NCBI GenBank assembly: GCA_963667175.2
Contig: CAXXXF010000013.1
Coordinates: 32,001 to 96,000, forward strand
Reading direction: 5' to 3'
Source: Candidatus Latescibacterota bacterium
Lineage (GTDB): Bacteria > Latescibacterota > UBA2968 > GCA-2709665
Length of the DNA: 64,000 nucleotides
Under the pieces are notes generated by a model, which worked only from the letters and a program-made list of their open reading frames with translations, searched no databases and was not told the origin of the DNA. The translations under genes and the position numbers were made by a program. Of this stretch, positions 57,015 to 64,000 are shown in pieces; the stretch's first letter is position 1, and each line of letters opens with the position of its first letter.

Positions 57015-58562
57015 TCAAGCACGGGCCGCCTCGAAGGCCGTAATGTTGCGGGTCTCCTTGCTGAACTCGACCGCGATCAGGTGAATCGGCTGTCCCAAAT
57101 CGCAGTATTTGTCGGCGTAACGCCGCTCCTTCAGCTGCGCCATCGCGGCGCCCGCCGATGCCAGTTCCACCACTTTAAACTCGAACAGGTAGACATTGCC
57201 GTTGAACAAAACCGCCATATCCACACGACCATGACTGCTGCTGTCCTCTACGGTAATAGTCAGACCCAGCGCCGCGAAATAGGAATAGAACACACTGGCG
57301 TAGTAGCCCTCGTACCGCGCAACGTCGTTGTTGGTGTACCACTCGCAGGGAATGCTGGCGAAGAAAGCGTGAAACAACGTCTCCAGCCCGGCGAAGTCGT
57401 TGGCTTCCAACAGCCGGTACAACCGCGTGCTATTGGCCCGCTGCCGCGTCCCATCCCGCACCAGGTAGCGCAGTAGACTGCGGTTCAGGCTCTGGCGCAC
57501 CTCGCGGTTTGGATAGTCCAGGCGATAGACCCGCTCGCCGCCTAAGTCCTCCTCGTCGGTAATCGTCAGGTAGCCGGTCTGGAACAGCAGAGCCTCGGTG
57601 GCGATGTCATCGACGTCAAAGGTCGAGAGCAGCTCGTCGCTGCCCTCCATCGCGCCGAGTTCCAGGGAACTGACGCGGCGTTTGAGCAGCATTTCGATCA
57701 GGAACGTCGGTGTCCCGGTCTCGAACCAGTAGGCTTCGAAGCTGTGCCTTCTAAATAGCAGGAGGATATCGAAGGGGTTATAGACCTTCTCATCGCCCCG
57801 CCAGCTATAGCCATTGTACCAGTCGCGAATCTCTTCCCGATCCAGCCCCGGCAGTTCCGGCGCGAATACCACGTCGAGGTCCGTTTCCGTGTACCCGCAT
57901 AAGTCGGAGTATTGCGGATCAATGGTGATGTCTGTGAGGTTGTTGAGGCCAGAGAAGAGGCGGACTTTGGAGAATTTGCTCACACCCGTGAGGAACGTGA
58001 ATCTGATATGGGCATCATTGGACTTGATCGTCGAATACAGACCCCGCAGAAAGTCGCGGTTGGCACGGGCAATCTTCGGTATCTCCAGCACATCCAGGAT
58101 CGGTTTGTCGTATTCATCAACCAGAACGACAACGCGCTGACCAGCCTCCCGATGCAACATCTGGATGATATGGCGAAAACGTGCGGAAGCAGCATCGTAA
58201 GGGCTTTCTACGCCTGTTTCTCTTTCTATCGCGTCCAGCTGCGCCATCACCTCTTTGTGCAAGCTGTCCGGTTCATCAAAATTGCCGCTGCCAAAGTCAA
58301 GGCGCAAAACCGGATACCGAACGGACCAGTCCCAGCGGTCGTGGACGTGAAGCCCTTCGAACAACGGCTCATTGCCCTCGAACAGTTCCTTCAGCGTGTC
58401 CAGAAACAGGCTCTTGCCAAAGAGACGCGGACGCGATAGAAAATAGTGCGCGCCCTCGTCGATCATCCGCCGCAGGTGGGCCGTTTTGTCGACGTAGTAG
58501 TAGTTTTCTTCCCGAATTTTGGCGAAGGTCTGAATGCCGATGGGCAGTCTGCGTCTGGTCAT
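57015..58562 (-). CDS. AAA-ATPase-like + PD-(D/E)XK nuclease protein (copy C)
   Basis: RPRLFGKS, DEYDKP, GRVDM..FEFK; 515 aa. Confidence 0.9.
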   Translation of the reverse strand: MTRRRLPIGIQTFAKIREENYYYVDKTAHLRRMIDEGAHYFLSRPRLFGKSLFLDTLKELFEGNEPLFEGLHVHDRWDWSVRYPVLRLDFGSGNFDEPDSLHKEVMAQLDAIERETGVESPYDAASARFRHIIQMLHREAGQRVVVLVDEYDKPILDVLEIPKIARANRDFLRGLYSTIKSNDAHIRFTFLTGVSKFSKVRLFSGLNNLTDITIDPQYSDLCGYTETDLDVVFAPELPGLDREEIRDWYNGYSWRGDEKVYNPFDILLLFRRHSFEAYWFETGTPTFLIEMLLKRRVSSLELGAMEGSDELLSTFDVDDIATEALLFQTGYLTITDEEDLGGERVYRLDYPNREVRQSLNRSLLRYLVRDGTRQRANSTRLYRLLEANDFAGLETLFHAFFASIPCEWYTNNDVARYEGYYASVFYSYFAALGLTITVEDSSSHGRVDMAVLFNGNVYLFEFKVVELASAGAAMAQLKERRYADKYCDLGQPIHLIAVEFSKETRNITAFEAARA

Positions 58563-58578
58563 GGTTCACCCCTGGCCC

Positions 58579-61011
58579 TCACACCGTTATGTACTCCGAC
58601 GGCGTGCTCGGGACGCCGCCGGCGTCCACCGCCACGACCCGAAAGGACGTCCCCTTCACCGTGTCATTCAGCGGCCAGCGGGTCTCGCGGACGTCGCCCA
58701 GCAGGGTTTCATTCGACGCGGAGAATCCTCCGGGTTCCGGGCATCCATGCACACGATATCGCACCGCGACGTTTCCACCCTCGTTCGCGGACCACACCAG
58801 CGACCGTTTTCCGCCCCGGCCTTCCACCCGGAGGTCCACCGGCAGACACGGGCCGTGGGGCGCGAATGACCGCGCCTCGCTCCAGTCTCCCCACGTCCCC
58901 TTATCGTTCCGCGCCCGCACGCGCCAGTAATAGACCTCGTCGGGATTCAGCAGATTCGGAAACTCCGCCTGCCATTTCGTCCCGCCCGCGTACGCGGTCC
59001 GTCCCACGTACCGGTCGAACGCGGGGCACACGCACCATCTGAAATCCGCGTATCGGCTGACCTGGATATGGTAATCGTCCACCTTTCCGCTGCCGTCGCG
59101 CGGGCGCTTCCACCGGAATTCGAAATCCAGCCGGTCGACGTCGGCGCCATCGTCAGGGTAAATCAGCCCGGGCGCGCCGGGCGGACGGATCGACCGCTCC
59201 TCGCGCCATCCGTACGTCACGCGGACCTTCCGCTGTCCCGGGCTGTCGTCGCGGTAGGCGATCCTATTGTCGCCGCAGAACAGCGAAGGCAGGGACCGCG
59301 TGGCGCACTGGATGTCCGTATCGAAGCGGATCGCGTCCAGGCCTACACCGTGTGGCCGGGAACCGGCCCACATGGCGACCTTGATGTAGTACTGATAACA
59401 GGGCCCCATCCGCCATCCGAGGTCGGTCTCCCCGCGCCAGTCGTTCAGCGCCGGGTTCAGGTACCAGTCCAGGTCCACGCACGCGTCCAGACGCCGTCCG
59501 ATGGCGACCCACAGGGACCGCCAGTCTTCGCCGTCTTTGGAAAACAGCACTTCGAGACCATCTTCCTGCGTGTCGCATCGACACCGGATACCCAGCCGCG
59601 CCCCCGCAATCGCGTATGGAGACGCCACCCGCCACACCACCTCCGAAACCTCGCCTTTCTTTTCCGGGTGCAGCGCGACGCGCCTCCCGGAAGTCTCCTG
59701 CGCGACGTTGATCGCAGATTCGGTCCCCTTCAATCCGAGCGGACCGCGAAGGTCGGGCCGGTACGCCAGTTTCCCGTTGGAATACCGAACGGTCGGGTAA
59801 AGCCGTTTCCCCCGGATCACGTTCTTTCCCACGTTGTCCCAGTAGCGGACGAGTTTCTCCCCCGGCCGGAGCCGCAGCGCCATGGTCTGCGCCGGCGGGT
59901 ATTCGCCCGGCGTCTGTCTTATCTTCCCCCCGGCGTCCATCCACGCGCCGCCCTTGTTGGGCGGATAGACGTACTGGCGTTCCCGGAAGGGCGTGTAGTA
60001 ATAGTCCTTCTCGGGCAGGTCTCGCCCGCACAGGCCCAGGTTGCGGTGGGAGCGGCGCAGCAGGTCGATGTCCCGGGAGAGGTCCTCGGCGCCGGCAACC
60101 GTCCTGTTGTCCCGTCTGAGGAAGAACACCATCAGGTCCGTGTCCAGAAAATGCCAGTCTCCGTCCGCGAACGCCTCGAAGATATCGTGCCCGCAGCTGC
60201 GCCCGCGTCCGTATCCGTCGATGGTGCCGCCAAGCCAGATTTCCCGGCTCTTCACGCCCATCGCCTCCGCGAGACGACGGCTCGTGATCGCGTTGGCCAC
60301 GCAGCCCTCGAACCCGTACACGTTGAAGAGTCTGACGGGGTCGCTGGTCCGGTCGAACCAGGACAGTCCGATCCGGCTGTCGTAGAGCTCGTCGACCACG
60401 AACTTCCAGATCGCCATCATCTTGTCCCGGTCGTCCAGCCGCCCGCCCCCGACGATGCCGGCGATCTCTTTCGTCATGGTCTCCGCCGACCACCAGTCCC
60501 GCTTCCCGTTGGCCACCACCCACGGGTTCTCCACGTCGGTCTCTCCCAGGTTCTCGATGACCACGTACTGGTTGGGCTCGAAGACCTGGTCGTAGGGCGG
60601 CATACTTGAATTCGGACCGGGACAGTAGACTTCCGGGCCCACCGTGACCGTATTCGATTCGTCCAGGTTCCCGCCCATGGAAATCGTGAATTCCTCACGC
60701 TTTTCCGTCAGTACGGAACTCCGCTCTTTCTGCGCCCGGGGTACCGCAACCCGCAGCGGGTCCGCCCCCTTGAGGCTGTTCGTTTCCGGAATCAGGCTGG
60801 GGGCCCGCCACTCCGCCGCGAGATAGTAACAGGTCTTTCCCGGTTCCAGGTGCGCCGTGTCGTCGTACGTTTCTTCGAACGCCACCCCGACCTCTTCATA
60901 GGGCCCCGCCGCGCGGCGCGACCTGTAGATGCGGGCGCCGGGGTGACCCGCAAGGTCCACTCCCAGCCGCACCCGGTTGACTGCGGCCTGCAAGACCTTT
61001 AATTTCAGCAT
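58579..61011 (-). CDS. Fibronectin-III-like plus transglutaminase-like domain protein
   Basis: Putative triad GC..N / GHDIFEAF / WHFLDTD; FN3-type YYWRVRARN..G.WGDWS. Confidence 0.6.
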   Translation of the reverse strand: MLKLKVLQAAVNRVRLGVDLAGHPGARIYRSRRAAGPYEEVGVAFEETYDDTAHLEPGKTCYYLAAEWRAPSLIPETNSLKGADPLRVAVPRAQKERSSVLTEKREEFTISMGGNLDESNTVTVGPEVYCPGPNSSMPPYDQVFEPNQYVVIENLGETDVENPWVVANGKRDWWSAETMTKEIAGIVGGGRLDDRDKMMAIWKFVVDELYDSRIGLSWFDRTSDPVRLFNVYGFEGCVANAITSRRLAEAMGVKSREIWLGGTIDGYGRGRSCGHDIFEAFADGDWHFLDTDLMVFFLRRDNRTVAGAEDLSRDIDLLRRSHRNLGLCGRDLPEKDYYYTPFRERQYVYPPNKGGAWMDAGGKIRQTPGEYPPAQTMALRLRPGEKLVRYWDNVGKNVIRGKRLYPTVRYSNGKLAYRPDLRGPLGLKGTESAINVAQETSGRRVALHPEKKGEVSEVVWRVASPYAIAGARLGIRCRCDTQEDGLEVLFSKDGEDWRSLWVAIGRRLDACVDLDWYLNPALNDWRGETDLGWRMGPCYQYYIKVAMWAGSRPHGVGLDAIRFDTDIQCATRSLPSLFCGDNRIAYRDDSPGQRKVRVTYGWREERSIRPPGAPGLIYPDDGADVDRLDFEFRWKRPRDGSGKVDDYHIQVSRYADFRWCVCPAFDRYVGRTAYAGGTKWQAEFPNLLNPDEVYYWRVRARNDKGTWGDWSEARSFAPHGPCLPVDLRVEGRGGKRSLVWSANEGGNVAVRYRVHGCPEPGGFSASNETLLGDVRETRWPLNDTVKGTSFRVVAVDAGGVPSTPSEYITV

Positions 61012-61043
61012 GTTCGTCCTCCGTATCTGTCTTTACGGACGCG

Positions 61044-62627
61044 TCACGCGCCGAATGCGGCGGCGAAGGCAATGAAATCCGCGAAGCTGATGCTGCCGTC
61101 GCCGTCCAGATCGTACCTTTCGTCGAACGAACCGGCGCCGGACGTCGAACCGAAGTGCCGCGCGAACGCAATGAAATCCTGAAAGTCCACCTTTCGGTCG
61201 CCGTTGAAGTCCGGCGACTTGATCTCCGGCGGGCCATCGAGCGCTGTCCTGGTGTAGAGGACGTGGGGGATTTCCAGCCCGGGTCTGCCGATGTGGTCGA
61301 ACAGCGCCCAGTAGATGTCCCAGATCCGCGGGTCCCACCGGCAGAGTTCGATCCAGCCCCGGATGATCGTCGCGTCTCCGTCCTGCCGGTCCACGCGGGA
61401 ACCGATCTTCGGGTTCGAGAGCGACCCGTTCCACATCTGGTCGGTAAGCGTCCGCGCAAACCGGAGCATGTCCGCCCTCGTGAAGACCACGCCCCGCCGG
61501 TAAGCCTCGACTGCGAACTCCACGTCGATGTGCCCGTGGCTCGTGTCCTCCGCGCCGCTCTGATCCGGTCTGCCCGCCTCGACCCAGTCCCAGTAAGCCC
61601 AGGTATGCGCGTCTCCCGTTTCCTTCAAGGAATCCTTGAAGAACGCGGCCATCTGCGCGGCGCGCTCTTCGAACAGCGGCTCGTCCGACACGTCTTTCAG
61701 CGCCAGGTAGACGCGGCCGAGCGCGAGGTACTGGTTGTGCGGCAGGATGCGGTTGGGAAATCGTTCGGCCGATGATTCGGTGAACCGGTAGGCCCCCATG
61801 CCGGGCGCCATCTGCACCCAATGGCGCTCCTGTTTTCTCAACACGCGCTCCTCGATCAAGTCGAGGTAGGCGCGGGCCTTTTCCCCGTAGCGCGCCTTCA
61901 GACTATCGTCCCTGAGGGCCAGTTCAACAAACTGCGCGATGGGGTAGAGGATCATCCCCTCGTGGACGGCGTATTCGAGGGGACGCACCGCCCACGTCTC
62001 CACCCGGAATTTGTCTCCGATTTCGGGGAGCCTGTCCAGGCGCAATTTGAAACCCGGAATGCCGGGGACGTCCTGTCCCAGGGAATATGGACCTTCATAG
62101 ACCACTACCGAACGGGCGAGGTCCCGCACCACGTACCGGTTCGATGCGACCCGTTCGAGGATAAATTCCGCGTCGATCGCCTCGTGGGCCTGCTCGATGT
62201 TCGTAACAGTGGCCTCTTCCGGCCTGATCGACGCCGTTCCCCGATTGTGCAACGCCCGGGCCCGCATCCTGGACACCGAATACCGGTCCGTGTGCCACCC
62301 TGGGATGCCATCGCCGTCGTGGTCGCTCATGTTGGCGACCATCCGGTCGAAGTGGTCCACGACCTTGTCCAGCCACCGGGTATACCGGGTTGCCCGGTAC
62401 ATCTTGACGTAGGCGTTCAGGTAGTAACTCTCGCCCCATGCCAGCGTGGCGGAACTCGCGCTTTCGGAGAATCCCTTTCCCGCGTTTCGCGAGACGTCGA
62501 AGCCCACGAACTGCTTCGCCAGGGCTTCCGGGTCGAACCCGGCGGTCTGCGCCGGCGCTTCCTGGCGTGCGAGCACCGTGAGGACGGCGACCGCCGCGAC
62601 CATGGCGGATCCGGCGCAAAGTTTCAT
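61044..62627 (-). CDS. Secreted (alpha/alpha)-toroid protein with C-terminal dockerin/EF-hand-like repeat
   Basis: Signal peptide; DFNGDRKVDFQDFIAFARHFG...DLDGDGSISFADFIAFAAAFG. Confidence 0.7.
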   Translation of the reverse strand: MKLCAGSAMVAAVAVLTVLARQEAPAQTAGFDPEALAKQFVGFDVSRNAGKGFSESASSATLAWGESYYLNAYVKMYRATRYTRWLDKVVDHFDRMVANMSDHDGDGIPGWHTDRYSVSRMRARALHNRGTASIRPEEATVTNIEQAHEAIDAEFILERVASNRYVVRDLARSVVVYEGPYSLGQDVPGIPGFKLRLDRLPEIGDKFRVETWAVRPLEYAVHEGMILYPIAQFVELALRDDSLKARYGEKARAYLDLIEERVLRKQERHWVQMAPGMGAYRFTESSAERFPNRILPHNQYLALGRVYLALKDVSDEPLFEERAAQMAAFFKDSLKETGDAHTWAYWDWVEAGRPDQSGAEDTSHGHIDVEFAVEAYRRGVVFTRADMLRFARTLTDQMWNGSLSNPKIGSRVDRQDGDATIIRGWIELCRWDPRIWDIYWALFDHIGRPGLEIPHVLYTRTALDGPPEIKSPDFNGDRKVDFQDFIAFARHFGSTSGAGSFDERYDLDGDGSISFADFIAFAAAFGA

Positions 62628-62642
62628 TTCCGTACAAGCCTC

Positions 62643-62975
62643 TCAACGATGCGCCGGCGCCTCTTCAGCGGCCTCACGCGGATGAACGTTGATTTGCACG
62701 TCTACGCGCTGGCCGAGCCTATTGAGCACGGTCATCAGACGGTCAATGGTGAAGCGGTCAAGCTGAACGTTGCGAATACGAGTAAAGTCCGCGTGGTTGA
62801 TGCCGGTTCGGACCTCGGCCTTGCGCGTTGAAAGCCCTTCGTCGTCAAGAATGCCGATGATGCGGGCGGCCAGAAGCGCCTTGGTCTGCTGTACGTCGGC
62901 GTCAGCGCGGCCCAAGTCGCGGAAAACATTGCCGCTGCCATGCACCAACTCAAAATCGTCTTCTGTTGTACTCAT
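62643..62975 (-). CDS. XRE/HTH_37 antitoxin (HigA-like)
   Basis: GSGNVFRDLG...GINHADFTRIRNVQLDRFTIDRL. AAGGAG SD; ATGA overlap with the toxin gene. Confidence 0.8.
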   Translation of the reverse strand: MSTTEDDFELVHGSGNVFRDLGRADADVQQTKALLAARIIGILDDEGLSTRKAEVRTGINHADFTRIRNVQLDRFTIDRLMTVLNRLGQRVDVQINVHPREAAEEAPAHR

Positions 62976-63340
62976 TGCTGTAACTCCTTCTTCAATCGCT
63001 TTAGCCGCTCGCGGATCAGATCGATATCCTTCTTTGGGGTCTTGATGCCCTGCTCCGCCTTTTTCTTGAAGGCGTGCAGGACCCAAATCCGCTCCCTGAA
63101 TCGCACAGCGTAGACTGCCCGATACGCATCGGTGCGGTGTTTGAGCGCCACCTCAAATATGCCGGAGCCGAAACCCTTCAGAGGTTTGGCGACGTCGGCT
63201 TTACGGCCTTCGGCCGCGACCGTCAGCGCCCGCAGGATCGCGTTCTGCGGCTCCTGGGCAAAGCTGTCGAAAGCTTTACGGGCCGCCCTGATCCACGAGA
63301 CCGGCCGGGTATTTCTGCTTCTAATGGGATATGATGGCAA
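62972..63340 (-). CDS. RelE/HigB-like (Gp49-type) toxin
   Basis: AKPLKGFGSGIFEV...YRAVYAV..IWVLHAFKKK..GIKTPK. Start codon uncertain (TTG 63340 or ATT 63325). Confidence 0.8.
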   Translation of the reverse strand: MPSYPIRSRNTRPVSWIRAARKAFDSFAQEPQNAILRALTVAAEGRKADVAKPLKGFGSGIFEVALKHRTDAYRAVYAVRFRERIWVLHAFKKKAEQGIKTPKKDIDLIRERLKRLKKELQQ

Positions 63341-63515
63341 ATATAACACCAAGCGCCAACGGATACAAATCTTCCCGTTAGCGTGCAGAAGAAAACCGGG
63401 GTGGGTCCTCGTCCGGAAGGTGGTAGCGCGGTAATGGAACGATTGCGGCGCGTTGGTCAGCGCCACGCAGACCCTGCCGAGCGCCTTGCCGTTTGAATCA
63501 CGCGGCGGCTTTCCG

Positions 63516-64000
63516 TCAACCGCCGTACTGAAAGCGGATTTCGCGGTCCTCGCTCTTGCCGCTGACAAGGTCCTTGATTTCGACTTCAAGCACGTTCACG
63601 CCGTGTTTGACCTTGTCGAGGTCGAATTCCAGGTATCCCTGTTCGTTCGAATTGGTACCCTCGTGTTCGTACGAAATCGAGACCGACGGTCTCTTGCTTC
63701 TGAACAGCGAGCGGAGACCTGACGCCACCGAACCGAGCGCGCCGCGGATGGGTTTCGAAACGTACCGCACAGCGTACTTGACCTTGAAACGCGTCTGGCC
63801 GAACCGGTCCTTCTTCAGGTTGTAGATCTCGTAGTAGGCGTATACCTGCTGGGCGCCCCGGTAGTTCCGCGTCGGCATGGGCACAACCCACACGTCTCCC
63901 TTCTTGAACCGCTCCTGCAGCTTCTTTTCTCCAATTGTGGCGGCGAGTTGAATGTCGCTGATCCGAAGCCGGTCATCGGGATATTCCTCCACGTCCACCG
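63516..64000 (-). CDS. C-terminal part of a large protein, probably GWxTD-domain family (runs off window)
   Basis: LRISDIQLA...VVPMPTRNY..VYAYYEIYNL..D.FGQTR Ig-like tail. Confidence 0.55.
   Translation of the reverse strand, partial: VDVEEYPDDRLRISDIQLAATIGEKKLQERFKKGDVWVVPMPTRNYRGAQQVYAYYEIYNLKKDRFGQTRFKVKYAVRYVSKPIRGALGSVASGLRSLFRSKRPSVSISYEHEGTNSNEQGYLEFDLDKVKHGVNVLEVEIKDLVSGKSEDREIRFQYGG

Noticed and set aside
63341-63589. N-terminal extension of the 205-aa toxin ORF
   Set aside because: Overlaps the upstream gene and intergenic DNA; toxin homology begins near RPVSW.

Overview
GC-rich bacterial window with essentially all real genes on the minus strand. The gene families (PorV-like protein, TonB-dependent receptor, 'DFNGDxKVDFxDF' dockerin/EF-hand tail, GWxTD-type C-terminus, multicopy AAA/PD-(D/E)XK genes) suggest an FCB-group organism such as Latescibacterota/Gemmatimonadota; this is inference only. 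1-15.4 kb holds an outer-membrane uptake operon and a carbohydrate-catabolism cluster. 16.2-50 kb is an unusually large type I-G (I-U) CRISPR-Cas locus: one array (18 identical 36-bp repeats, 17 spacers), one cas4-cas1 and one cas2, but THREE complete interference modules (3x cas3, cas7/csb1, csb2 and cas8), one apparently nested inside another. The top candidate for novelty is the 786-aa Csb2 (35034-37394). It carries an in-frame type I phosphoribosyltransferase domain between its Cas5-like and Cas6-like halves. Inside that insert, in another frame, lies a 72-aa ORF with its own Shine-Dalgarno, and three free-standing paralogues of it sit just upstream of the cas locus. This looks like a toxin/antitoxin-like PRTase module built into a Cascade subunit. 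Also notable: a duplicated ~232-bp structured non-coding element after both cas8g2 genes, an AAA-ATPase-Cas2 read-through fusion, a cas2 chimera marking a recombination junction, and a TA-rich cassette stretch at 50-54 kb. 54-64 kb holds catabolic and secreted proteins and a RelE/HigB-XRE pair. All calls come from motif reading by eye; no database searches were run.
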